This document shows, in pieces, positions 35,733 through 44,817 of a stretch of 64,000 bases of DNA. Within the stretch, counting starts at the first letter, position 1; each line of letters starts with the position of its first letter. Under the pieces are notes generated by a model. The model searched no databases. It was not told where the DNA came from and worked only from the letters and a program-made list of their open reading frames with translations. The position numbers and the translations under genes were made by a program. Source of the stretch: Dehalococcoidia bacterium (GTDB lineage Bacteria; Chloroflexota; Dehalococcoidia; UBA2979); the NCBI GenBank assembly GCA_965200555.1, contig OZ241365.1, forward strand, positions 1,768,442 through 1,832,441, written 5' to 3'.

Positions 35733-36667
35733 CGCAACCGTCCCTCATGAATCTCTTGCCGAAAGGCCTCCGCCTCTTCCTCCGTCTCCCAGAGGCCGGA
35801 CAGAAGCGCGAAGTAGTCCGGGGGCGGGCGAAGCAAAAGGCCTTGTTCCCGCGCCAGTTCATCGATCGACTTCGGAGGCAGTTCCACGCCTCGCTCTTCG
35901 GGTTCGAGCAGGCGGATGAGTCCTACTACCCGCTCTGCGATAGTGTCGCCGACGATTGCTTCACTGACATGCAGCTCGGCAAGTTGACCCAGAACAGAGG
36001 GCAGCTCGTGGCGCACGTCCTCTTCGACTGACATAACGATGTTCGAGTCATCCGCGAGCTTGAGGCGCAGACGCTGCCTTCCGGCCTCGACATCGGCCAT
36101 GTACACGTGGCCGAACATGACACGTTGTCGAATCTCAGGTACGGGTTCTTCCTGCAGGGAGAAGTTGGCCGTTAGCGGGATGTGAGCACTGATCTCTTCT
36201 CCGGCTGGCGGATGGTGCACGACTTCGGCGTAATTTCCGATCCTGGCGGCAGATCGCACGAGGCGTTCCACTGCCCGTCGGCGTCCAATTCCCTGAGGGG
36301 TGTACGCCTCATTCCTTGCGTACATTTCCATCTCTTCGACGAGTGTTCGCGTGACGGCCGTCGGCGTGACCTCTTCGTCCCACTGCAACATGCCCTGCTG
36401 ACCGACAGCCGTCGGCGGCTCCGCGAATGCGATATTGACGCTGCCCGGAGACACGGAAGCCACGCGCAAACCGGCCAGCGACAGCTCAAGCGGGTTCAGC
36501 GGGCCGCGCCGGGGTCCCAAGGCAAGCTTCTCATCGGCGATCACGCGGGCGGCTCCGGCGATGTCCTGCAGCAGCTGGCCGAGGGCGCGGGCATCGACGC
36601 CCGCGTCCATGTCGCCATCCACCCGGAACAGCAGCCACGGCCGCCCTGCGGTGCTGTCAGTCGTCAT
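35729..36667 (-). CDS. 312-aa protein of unknown function, translationally coupled upstream partner of the PIN toxin (candidate atypical antitoxin/regulator)
   Basis: Protein-like ORF in a lower-GC patch. It ends ...ELPPKSIDELAREQGLLLRPPPDYFALLSGLWETEEEAEAFRQEIHEGRLR and overlaps the PIN gene start (ATGA). No HTH/RHH/AbrB-type antitoxin motif is recognisable. Confidence 0.5.
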   Translation of the reverse strand: MTTDSTAGRPWLLFRVDGDMDAGVDARALGQLLQDIAGAARVIADEKLALGPRRGPLNPLELSLAGLRVASVSPGSVNIAFAEPPTAVGQQGMLQWDEEVTPTAVTRTLVEEMEMYARNEAYTPQGIGRRRAVERLVRSAARIGNYAEVVHHPPAGEEISAHIPLTANFSLQEEPVPEIRQRVMFGHVYMADVEAGRQRLRLKLADDSNIVMSVEEDVRHELPSVLGQLAELHVSEAIVGDTIAERVVGLIRLLEPEERGVELPPKSIDELAREQGLLLRPPPDYFALLSGLWETEEEAEAFRQEIHEGRLR

Positions 36668-36769
36668 GGCCCCTCGCGAACGGCAGCATAGCAGACACCG
36701 CCCATGCCCTGCGCGATCCCCGTGGCGGGCCGCCCTCGCGTCACGCCCTGATCGCCGGCGCCCGCGCCT

Positions 36770-38311
36770 TCACGCGCCCGCGCGCTGCGCGGCGACGTTG
36801 AGCAGGCGGTTGAGCGCGTGCATGTAGGCGCGCGCCGACGCCACGAGGATGTCGGTGTCGGCGGCGCGGCCCGTGTAGGTGTAGCCCGCGGCCTCGATGC
36901 GGATCGTGACCTCGCCGACGGCGTCGATGCCCTCGGTCACGGACTTGACGCTGAACTCGGTCAGCTCGTTCTCCACGCCCATCACGCGGTTGATCGCCTG
37001 GTAGATGGCGTCCACCGGGCCCGTGCCGATCGCCGCGTCCTGCCGCGTCCCGCCGTCGGGGGCGGTCAGCCGCACCGTCGCCGTCGGCGCCGAGTGGTCG
37101 CCGGCCGTGACCTGCACGAGGTCCAGCCGCCACTGGTCGTGCACCGTCACCGAGGCCTGCTCGGCGAGGATGGCGTGGAGGTCGCGGTCGTCGACCTCGT
37201 CCTTGCGGTCGGCGACGTCCTGGAACGCCTCGTAGACGCGGGCCAGCGCCTCCTCCTCGAGCTCGACGCCGAGGTCGGAGATGCGGGCGCGCAGCCCGTG
37301 GCGGCCGGAGAGCTTGGTCAGCACGATCGAGTCGCCGGCGGGGATGCCGATCGAGGAGGGGTCCATGATCTCGTAGGTCTCGCGCAGCTTGAGCACGCCG
37401 TCCTGGTGGATGCCGGAGGAGTGGCGGAAGGCGTTGCGCCCGACCACCGCCTTGTTGGACTGGACGGCCATGCCGGAGACGCGCTCGACGAGGCGGCTGG
37501 CGCGGTAGAGCTCCTCGGTGCGGACGCCGGTGCTGAGGCCGGTGAAGTCGCCGCGCGTGCGGATCGCCATGATCACCTCTTCGAGCGAGGTGTTGCCCGC
37601 GCGCTCGCCGATGCCGTTGATCGCGCCCTCCACCTGGCGCGCGCCCGCCAGCACGCCGGCCAGCGAGTTGGCCGTGGCCATGCCGAGGTCGTTGTGGCAG
37701 TGGACGGAGACGCGGGCGCGGCCGATGTCCGGCACGGTCTCGCGCAGCGAGGCGATGAGCGCGCCGAACTCCTGCGGGATGGCGTAGCCGACGGTGTCGG
37801 GGACGTTGACGGTGGTCGCGCCCTCCTCGATCGCGGCCTGCAGCAGCTGCGCGACGAACCCGGGGTCGGAGCGCGTGGCGTCCATCGGCGAGAACTCGAC
37901 GTCGGGGCAGTAGCCGGCGGCGCGGGCGACGGCGGCGCGCGCCATCTCCATCACGTCCTCGCGGTTCTTGTGCAGCTGGTGCGCCATGTGGATCTCGCTG
38001 GCCGAGATGAAGACGTGGATGCGCGGCGTCTCGGCCTGCGAGACGGCGTTCCAGCAGGCGTCCACGTCGGCGGCGCTGGCCCGCGCGAGGCCGGCGATGA
38101 CCGGCCCCCGCACCTCGCGCGCGATCAGCGAGACCGCCTCGAAGTCGCCGGGCGAGGAGAACGGAAAGCCCGCCTCGATGATGTCCACCTCGAGGCGCGC
38201 GAGCTGCCTCGCCACCTCCAGCTTGTCCTCGATCGTGAAGCCGATGCCCGCCGACTGCTCGCCGTCGCGGAGCGTCGTGTCGAAGATGTATACCTTGTCG
38301 CTGTCGCTCAT
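36770..38311 (-). CDS. leuA: 2-isopropylmalate synthase
   Basis: IFDTTLRDGEQSAG..., HCHNDLGMATANSLAGV..., and the C-terminal LeuA dimerisation/regulatory domain are present. Confidence 0.95.
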   Translation of the reverse strand: MSDSDKVYIFDTTLRDGEQSAGIGFTIEDKLEVARQLARLEVDIIEAGFPFSSPGDFEAVSLIAREVRGPVIAGLARASAADVDACWNAVSQAETPRIHVFISASEIHMAHQLHKNREDVMEMARAAVARAAGYCPDVEFSPMDATRSDPGFVAQLLQAAIEEGATTVNVPDTVGYAIPQEFGALIASLRETVPDIGRARVSVHCHNDLGMATANSLAGVLAGARQVEGAINGIGERAGNTSLEEVIMAIRTRGDFTGLSTGVRTEELYRASRLVERVSGMAVQSNKAVVGRNAFRHSSGIHQDGVLKLRETYEIMDPSSIGIPAGDSIVLTKLSGRHGLRARISDLGVELEEEALARVYEAFQDVADRKDEVDDRDLHAILAEQASVTVHDQWRLDLVQVTAGDHSAPTATVRLTAPDGGTRQDAAIGTGPVDAIYQAINRVMGVENELTEFSVKSVTEGIDAVGEVTIRIEAAGYTYTGRAADTDILVASARAYMHALNRLLNVAAQRAGA

Positions 38312-38428
38312 CGCTGCCGTCCCTCCGTGCCGCCCCGCCGCCGTGCGCGCCCTCCCGACCGCGTTACGCGGCGGAGGGCCGGGGAAGCACGAGGCTTCCC
38401 GGCGGGGCGGCGGCGAGGGGCGGCGGGG

Positions 38429-39427
38429 TCACGGCTTCGGCCCGCCGAGCCAGCTCATCATCGCGCGCACCTCGCGCCCGACCTCCTCGATCGGGTGCGC
38501 CGCCTCGCGGCGCCGCAGCGCGAGGAAGCGCGCGCGGCCGGCCTGGTTCTCGCCGATCCACTCGCTGGCGAACTGCCCGCTGCGGATCTCCTCGAGGATG
38601 GCGCGCATCCGCTCCTTCACGCCGTCGTCGATCACGCGCGGGCCGCGCGTGTAGTCGCCGTACTCGGCGGTGTCGCTGACCGAGTAGCGCATGTACTCCA
38701 TGCCGCCCTCGTAGAGCAGGTCGACGATCAGCTTCACCTCGTGGAAGGTCTCGAAGTAGGCCGACTCCGGCTGGTAGCCGGCCTCGACCAGCGTCTCGTA
38801 GGCGGCCTTGATCAGCGAGGTGAGGCCGCCGCAGAGGATGACCTGCTCGCCGAACAGGTCCGTCTCCGTCTCCTCGAGGAACGTCGTCTGGAGGATGCCG
38901 GCGCGCGAGGAGCCGATGCCCTTGCCGTAGGCGAGGGCGACCTGCAGCGCCGACTCGCTGGCGTCCCTGTGGACGGCGACGAGGGCGGGCACGCCCAGCC
39001 CCTGCTCGTACTCGCGGCGCACGAGGTGGCCCGGCCCCTTCGGCGCGATCATCGAGACGTCGACGCCGTCGGGCGGGTCGATCTGGTGGAAGTGGACGTT
39101 GAAGCCGTGCGCGAACATCAGCGTCTTGCCGCCGACGTGGGGGGCGACGTGGTCCTCGTAGACCTGGCGCTGGACCTGGTCGGGGACGAGCATCATCACC
39201 ACGTCGGCCTCGCGCGCGACGTCGGCGACGCTGCCGACCTCGAGGCCCGCGGCCTGCGCGCGCTCCCACGAGGGCGAGCCGGGGTAGAGGCCGACGGCGA
39301 CGCGCAGGCCGGAGTCGCGCAGGTTCAGCGCGTGCGCGTGCCCCTGCGAGCCGTAGCCGACGATCCCGATCGTGCGCCCCTCGAGCAGGCCGAGGTCCGC
39401 GTCCTCGTCGTAGTAGATCCTCGCCAC
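38429..39427 (-). CDS. ilvC: Ketol-acid reductoisomerase
   Basis: IYYDEDADL..., [20 protein letters not shown]..., LCGG...[15 protein letters not shown] are present. Confidence 0.95.
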   Translation of the reverse strand: MARIYYDEDADLGLLEGRTIGIVGYGSQGHAHALNLRDSGLRVAVGLYPGSPSWERAQAAGLEVGSVADVAREADVVMMLVPDQVQRQVYEDHVAPHVGGKTLMFAHGFNVHFHQIDPPDGVDVSMIAPKGPGHLVRREYEQGLGVPALVAVHRDASESALQVALAYGKGIGSSRAGILQTTFLEETETDLFGEQVILCGGLTSLIKAAYETLVEAGYQPESAYFETFHEVKLIVDLLYEGGMEYMRYSVSDTAEYGDYTRGPRVIDDGVKERMRAILEEIRSGQFASEWIGENQAGRARFLALRRREAAHPIEEVGREVRAMMSWLGGPKP

Positions 39428-39466
39428 GCGATCGCTCCCCTTCCGCCGCGCCGCCGGGCGCGGCGG

Positions 39467-40069
39467 CTAGTCGCTGACGTACGGCAGATCGCCGCCCGGG
39501 CGCCTGCCGGAGTCGTGGTGGAAGCGCAGCGCCTCGGCCGTCTCCGGCTCGTGCACCGCCGTCGTGCGCTCGCCGCGCAGCATCGCGATGCGGCCGGTGC
39601 GCGTCATCTCCAGCACCCCGTAGGGGGCGAGGTTCTCCAGCAGCGAGTCGAGCTGGCGCTCGTCCGTCACCGCCTGCACGATCATGCTGCCCGGCGCCAC
39701 GTCCACGGCGCGCGCGCGGAAGACGTCCACCAGGTCCAGCACCTCGCGCCGCTGCGCCGTCGTGCACGCCACCTTGATCAGCGCCAGTTCGCGCGTCACC
39801 GCGTCCTCGCGCGTCAGGTTGGAGACCGAGATCACGTCGATCAGCTTCGCCAGCTGCTTCTCGACCTGGTCGACGACGCCGTTGGCGCTCTCGACGACGA
39901 TGGTCATGCGCGAGACGCCCTCGTCCTCGGTGGTGCCGACGGCGAGCGAGTCGATGTTGAAGCCGCGCCGCCGGAACAGCGAGGCGACGCGGTTGAGCAC
40001 GCCCGGCCGGTCCTCGACGAGGGCGACGACGGTGTGCTTGCGCGGGGCGGCCTCGGCGGCGGCGCTCAC
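39467..40069 (-). CDS. ilvN: Acetolactate synthase small (regulatory) subunit
   Basis: The ACT domain HTVVALVEDRPGVLNRVASLFRRRGFNIDSLAVGTTEDEGVSRMTIVV is present. The GTG start overlaps the ilvB stop (GTGA). The listed 756-aa ORF is an extension artefact. Confidence 0.85.
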   Translation of the reverse strand: MSAAAEAAPRKHTVVALVEDRPGVLNRVASLFRRRGFNIDSLAVGTTEDEGVSRMTIVVESANGVVDQVEKQLAKLIDVISVSNLTREDAVTRELALIKVACTTAQRREVLDLVDVFRARAVDVAPGSMIVQAVTDERQLDSLLENLAPYGVLEMTRTGRIAMLRGERTTAVHEPETAEALRFHHDSGRRPGGDLPYVSD

Positions 40070-41769
40070 GAGGCCAGCTCGCGCGCCGTCCGCGGCTCGG
40101 GGGCCTCGACGGTCTCCGACAGCGCGGCGCCGGCGGGCACCATCGGCCAGACGTTGGCCTCGGCCTCGACGCGGAAGTCGAGCAGCACGGGGCCGGGGTG
40201 GGCGTTGGCCTCGGCGATGGCGGCGTCGACCTCCGACTTCTCGTCGACGCGGATGGCGTGGATGCCGTAGGCGTCGGCGATCTTGAGGAAGTCGGGCTGG
40301 CTGATCGACACGGCGACGTAGTTGTCGTCGTAGAACAGCTCCTGCCACTGGCGCACCATGCCGAGGTAGCCGTTGTTGACGATGGCGAGCTTCACGGGCA
40401 GCTGCTCGTCGACCATCGTGGCGATCTCCTGGAAGGTCATCTGGAAGCCGCCGTCGCCGCAGATCGACCACACGGGGCGGTCGCGGCAGGCCGCCTGCGC
40501 GCCCATCGCGGCGGGCACCTCGAAGCCCATCGTGCCGAGGCCGCCCGAGGTGATGAGCTGGTGCGGGCGCGTGATCCGCATGTGCTGCGCGGCCCACATC
40601 TGGTGCTGCCCCACGCCCGTCACGATGATCGCGTCGTCGCCGTTGAGGTCGGAGATGCGCTTGATCACGTGCTGCGTGGTCAGCTCCGGCCCGCCGGGGA
40701 TCGCCATCGAGCGCGCGTGCTCGTCGCGCACCTCGTCGATCCAGCGGATCCAGTCGAGGTGCGCGCGCTGGCGCACGGCCGCCGTCAGCTGCGGCAGCAC
40801 CTGCTTCACGTCGCCGAGGATCGGCACGGCGGTCGGCAGGTTCTTGCCGTGCTCGCCTGCGTCGATGTCCACGTGGATCAGCTTCGCCCCGCGGTTGAAG
40901 TCGGCGAAGCGCCCGATCGCGCGGTCGTCCATGCGGTTGCCGATCCCGATCACGAGGTCGGCGTTGGAGGCCGCCATGTTCGCCTCGTAGGAGCCGTGCA
41001 TCCCCATCATCCCGTAGGACAGCACGTGGGTGCGCGGAATCCCGCCGAGGCCCAGCAGCGTGTTGAGCACGGGGATGCCGGTGCGCTCCGCGAACGCCCG
41101 CAGCTCCTCGCAGGCGCCTCCGAGGATCACGCCGTGGCCGCCGATGATCAGCGGCCGCTCGGCCTCGTCGATCAGCCGCGCCGCCGCCTCGACGTCGGCG
41201 GCGGGGGCGGCCCCCGGCACGCGGTAGCCGCGCACGGCGATCGACTCCGGCCACGCGAACTCGGCCTCGTCGATGAACACGTCCTTGGGGATGTCGATGT
41301 GCACGGGCCCCGGCCGCCCGCTGGTCGCGAGGTAGGCGGCCTCGGCGAAGGTGTAGGCGAGGTCCTCGGTCCGCATCACGAGGTAGTTGTGCTTGACGCA
41401 GGGGGTGGTGATGCCGGTGGCGTCGGCTTCCTGGAAGCCGTCCTTGCCGATCAGGTTGCGGGCCACGTTGCCGGTGATGAAGAGCGTCGGCACCGAGTCC
41501 ATCATCGCGTTCTGGATCGCGGTCACGAGGTTGGTCGCGCCCGGTCCGGAGGTGGCGAGCGCGCAGCCGATGCGCCCGCTGGCGCGGGCGTAGCCGTCGG
41601 CGGCGTGGCCGCCGCCCTGCTCGTGGCGCACCAGCACGTGGCGCACCTCGGGATGCGCGGGCCAGCGGTCGTACAGCGGCAGCACGACGCCGCCGGGGTA
41701 TCCGAACACGGTGTCGATGCCGATGCGCTTGAGGCATTCGAGCACGATGTCCGCGCCGCTCATCTTCAT
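40066..41769 (-). CDS. ilvB: Acetolactate synthase large subunit
   Basis: MKMSGADIVLECL...GYPGGVVLP... is present, with ThDP motif GDGGFQM...NN. The ATG at 41769 gives a full-length AHAS. The upstream 23 codons of the listed ORF are unlikely to be coding. Confidence 0.95.
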   Translation of the reverse strand: MKMSGADIVLECLKRIGIDTVFGYPGGVVLPLYDRWPAHPEVRHVLVRHEQGGGHAADGYARASGRIGCALATSGPGATNLVTAIQNAMMDSVPTLFITGNVARNLIGKDGFQEADATGITTPCVKHNYLVMRTEDLAYTFAEAAYLATSGRPGPVHIDIPKDVFIDEAEFAWPESIAVRGYRVPGAAPAADVEAAARLIDEAERPLIIGGHGVILGGACEELRAFAERTGIPVLNTLLGLGGIPRTHVLSYGMMGMHGSYEANMAASNADLVIGIGNRMDDRAIGRFADFNRGAKLIHVDIDAGEHGKNLPTAVPILGDVKQVLPQLTAAVRQRAHLDWIRWIDEVRDEHARSMAIPGGPELTTQHVIKRISDLNGDDAIIVTGVGQHQMWAAQHMRITRPHQLITSGGLGTMGFEVPAAMGAQAACRDRPVWSICGDGGFQMTFQEIATMVDEQLPVKLAIVNNGYLGMVRQWQELFYDDNYVAVSISQPDFLKIADAYGIHAIRVDEKSEVDAAIAEANAHPGPVLLDFRVEAEANVWPMVPAGAALSETVEAPEPRTARELAS

Positions 41770-41877
41770 GGTGTCCCGCCTCTTCGTTCTTCCGTCGCCG
41801 TCCGTCAGGCGCCTGGCGCGCAGTTGCGAGCCCGGCACGCGGGCTGGGAGGCGGCGGCGCGGGGTGCGCGTCGCCGC

Positions 41878-41976
41878 CTAGCGCAGTACGAGGACGAGCG
41901 GCAGCGCCCGCGCGAGGATGCGCGTGCGGGCCAGCGAGGAGCCGTCGGGCCGCAGCCGTGCGGCGATCGTGCTCAT
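41878..41976 (-). CDS. Candidate ilvB leader peptide (MSTIAARLRPDGSSLARTRILARALPLVLVLR)
   Basis: 32-codon ORF about 110 nt upstream of ilvB. Its C-terminal third is rich in Ile/Leu/Val codons. A GC-rich hairpin (GGCGGCG...CGCCGCC) immediately follows the stop. It resembles actinobacterial ilvB attenuator leaders (established knowledge). Confidence 0.3.
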   Translation of the reverse strand: MSTIAARLRPDGSSLARTRILARALPLVLVLR

Positions 41977-42029
41977 GGCGACGCCAGTATCCGCGCGCCG
42001 CCCCGAGGCGTCAAGGCGCGCTGCGCGGG

Positions 42030-42293
42030 CTACGCGAACACGCGGAAGGAGTGCCCGCACTCCCCGATGAGCCGCTCCACGATGGGGGCGAAGGGCACGT
42101 CCGACAGGTCGATGCCCTCGCTGGCGTGCAGGAACTCGACGCCGGCGACGCCACGGTCCTCCGTGTAGTCCACGATCCGCAGGTCGTCCAGGAACGCCTG
42201 ACGCGAAGCCGCCCCGTCGCGCAACCGGACGTAGAGCGCATCGGCTTCGGCGTCGTACGTGGCGCGCATTGCCGTCACGGTCGCTCCTCCCAC
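42030..42293 (-). CDS. DUF2283 family protein
   Basis: 87 aa. TYDAEADALYVRLRDG...VDYTEDRGVAGVEFLHAS matches the DUF2283 consensus (YDxEADALYIRL...GIEIL). Confidence 0.65.
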   Translation of the reverse strand: MGGATVTAMRATYDAEADALYVRLRDGAASRQAFLDDLRIVDYTEDRGVAGVEFLHASEGIDLSDVPFAPIVERLIGECGHSFRVFA

Positions 42294-42541
42294 GCCGCTG
42301 TCATGATCCTCGGCGGCGCCGACCCCCGTTCCACGTATACGCGAAGATCACGGCCCTCCCACTCGCCGATATAGATCACGCACGGCTTCGCGCCCGGCCT
42401 CGGGCCCGCAGGCCGTGACGTATGGTAATGCTCCAGAACACGGTCGATGGCCAGCTCCGGGATGCCGCGCATCTCCATTCGCGTCCGCGCGTGGGGAACG
42501 ATGACGCGACGCGGCAGGATATCCTCCTCCGAAGCCAGCAT
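42275..42541 (-). CDS. DUF4258 family protein (usually paired with DUF2283)
   Basis: 88 aa. HARTRMEMRGIPELAIDRVLEHY...EGRDLRVYVER matches the DUF4258 pattern. It overlaps the DUF2283 gene by 19 nt. Confidence 0.6.
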   Translation of the reverse strand: MLASEEDILPRRVIVPHARTRMEMRGIPELAIDRVLEHYHTSRPAGPRPGAKPCVIYIGEWEGRDLRVYVERGSAPPRIMTAAWEERP

Positions 42542-42575
42542 ACACCCCGGCGGCGCACGAGACGCGCGCCGCGCG

Positions 42576-43793
42576 CTACGCGCGGGGCCGCCCGTGGCGC
42601 CTCGACGTGATCGCGCGGGCGAGGCGTTCGAGGGGGGGCGCGAGCGCGGCCAGCGGGCCGCCGGAGCGCACGAGGTCGACGTAGGTGTCCTCGCCGCGCA
42701 CGAGGCGCGCGCAGCGCCGCCAGACGCGGCCCGAGCGCTGCAGCGCCCACACGAACGGCGGCGGCCAGAGGTGGAAGACCTCCATCAGCGCGTGCGAGGC
42801 CGCGATCTCCGGCAGCAGCTCGCGCTCCAGCGCCAGCCGGTAGCCCGCCAGCGTGTCCACCTCGCCGCGCACGTAGTCGGCGGCGGCCGGCGCCACCGCC
42901 ACGCCCGAGGCGATCGCCGCGTGGATGCCCTCGCCCGACAGCGGGTCGACGAGGCCCGCGGCGTCGCCCAGCAGCGCCGAACCGCGCGCCGCCAGCTCCG
43001 CCCCGCGGCGGCGCATCGGCAGGTGGTGGCCGCGCAGGCCCTCCAGCCGCGCCGGGTCGATGCCGTAGCCGCGGCAGAGGGCGGCGAGCGCGGGGCGCAG
43101 GCGATCGGCGTCCGCCGCCTTCCAGCCGCCCACGCCGACGTTGACGTGGTCGCCCTTCGGGAACAGCCAGCCGTAGCCGCCGCGCATCGTCCCCAGCTGG
43201 AGCGCGATGCGCCCGCGCAGCCACGCGGGCGGGCCGTCCGGGAACGGCGCGTTGCCCTCGAGCGCGACTGCGCTCTCCTCCGGCTGCTCGTAGCCGAGGA
43301 AGGTGCGGACGACGCCGTTCGCGCCGTCGGCGCCGATCACGACGCGCGAGCGCACGAGGTCCGCGCCCGCGCCGCGGCGGGCGGCGGGCGCATCGGGGGC
43401 GACGCGCAGCTCGAAGCCGCCGGGCGTCGCCGCGACGTGCTCGACGCGGCGGCCGTCCCCGAAGCGCGCGCCCGCCTCCTGCGCGCGTTCGGCGAGGTAG
43501 GCGTCGAGGCGGCTGCGCTGCGTCATGTAGGTGAGCGGCTCGCCGTGGTCGCGGGCGACGCGGCGGCCCTCGCGGTACTGGATCACCGCGCCCGTCGTCA
43601 CGTCCTCGATCACGGGGTCGAGGGGGAACGGCAGCAGCCCGGCGCAGCGGATCGTGACGCCGCCGCCGCAGGGCTTGTCGCGCGGGAAGCGCGCGCGGTC
43701 GAGCAGCAGCGTCTCGACGCCGCGCGCCGCCAGCTCGCGCGCCGCGGTGCTGCCGGCCGGCCCGGCCCCGACGACGACCGCCTCGACCTCCAC
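42576..43793 (-). CDS. FAD-dependent geranylgeranyl reductase family oxidoreductase
   Basis: The N-terminal dinucleotide fold VVVGAGPAGSTAARELAARG...LLLDR is followed by GD and GEG motifs typical of the GGR/FixC-like family. Confidence 0.8.
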   Translation of the reverse strand: MEVEAVVVGAGPAGSTAARELAARGVETLLLDRARFPRDKPCGGGVTIRCAGLLPFPLDPVIEDVTTGAVIQYREGRRVARDHGEPLTYMTQRSRLDAYLAERAQEAGARFGDGRRVEHVAATPGGFELRVAPDAPAARRGAGADLVRSRVVIGADGANGVVRTFLGYEQPEESAVALEGNAPFPDGPPAWLRGRIALQLGTMRGGYGWLFPKGDHVNVGVGGWKAADADRLRPALAALCRGYGIDPARLEGLRGHHLPMRRRGAELAARGSALLGDAAGLVDPLSGEGIHAAIASGVAVAPAAADYVRGEVDTLAGYRLALERELLPEIAASHALMEVFHLWPPPFVWALQRSGRVWRRCARLVRGEDTYVDLVRSGGPLAALAPPLERLARAITSRRHGRPRA

Positions 43794-43884
43794 GCGCGCT
43801 CCTCCCCGTCCGCCGTTGCCCTCGCCGCAGGTACGCCGGCCGCCGACCGCCCGCGACCGATGGTATGCGCGGGCGACCGTGCGG

Positions 43885-44787
43885 TCAGGCCGCGCCGAGG
43901 GCGATCGCGGCGCCGGCGGCGAAGATCGCCTGCACGGCGGCGGCGGCGGCGAACAGCAGCCGCCCCGCCGCGCGCTCGCGCGGGTACGCTGCCGCGCCGA
44001 GGCCGAGGCCGCCCAGCAGCAGCAGCGTCGCCGTGCGCGGCAGTTCGAGCAGCGCCGGCGGCCCCTCCAGCCCGGTGATCGGGGGAGGCGAGCCGGGCGG
44101 GAAGGTCACCTCGAACGTTTCGGGCAGGCCGGCGTAGCGGAGCGCGACCTGGAGCCAGACCAGCGCCCCGGCCGCGACGGCGAGCGCGATCAGCGCGAGC
44201 GCCGGGCGGTCGCTCCACAGCCCGAGGCGGGCGGCGCCGGCGCGGCGCACGTGGTGCGGCAGCTCGGCGGTGGATCCCAGATCCTGGCGGCGCTGCACCT
44301 GCTGCGCGAAGGCGGGGCGATCCTCGAACGCGAGCGCGTAGTTGCGCTCGTCGGTCATCACGTACAGCAGCTGCTCCGGCGCCTGGGCGGTCGAGTAGCA
44401 GAGCACCGGGCCGATGCGGTCGATCGTGGCGCGGCCGACGTGGCAGCCCCACCACGAGACGCCGCGCACGCGCGGGAACTCGACGGCCTCGCCGGGCACG
44501 AGGCGGTGGATGGCGCCCAGCGGGATCACCTGCCGCGTCAGCCCCCACGTCACGATCAGCGCGTTGCGGTCGAGCTGGTAGGCGAGCGTCGCGAGGGCGT
44601 AGCACCAGTACGCGAAGAGCGCCGCCAGCGACAGCGCCGCGGCGGCCCCCGCCCACGAGAGGAACCCCGGCAGCCCGAACTCCGCCCCGGCCGCGTAGTT
44701 GAGCAGCAGCAACGCCACGCACACGGCCCACAGCGTGAGCACGCTGCCGACGAGCAGCCCGAGGGCGCGCGGAGGGCGGTACGTCAT
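43885..44787 (-). CDS. Hypothetical polytopic membrane protein
   Basis: 300 aa with multiple hydrophobic helices at both ends and a soluble middle domain. Confidence 0.5.
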   Translation of the reverse strand: MTYRPPRALGLLVGSVLTLWAVCVALLLLNYAAGAEFGLPGFLSWAGAAAALSLAALFAYWCYALATLAYQLDRNALIVTWGLTRQVIPLGAIHRLVPGEAVEFPRVRGVSWWGCHVGRATIDRIGPVLCYSTAQAPEQLLYVMTDERNYALAFEDRPAFAQQVQRRQDLGSTAELPHHVRRAGAARLGLWSDRPALALIALAVAAGALVWLQVALRYAGLPETFEVTFPPGSPPPITGLEGPPALLELPRTATLLLLGGLGLGAAAYPRERAAGRLLFAAAAAVQAIFAAGAAIALGAA

Positions 44788-44817
44788 CGCCGGGCGCGGA
44801 CGCCTGCGCGCGCGGCC

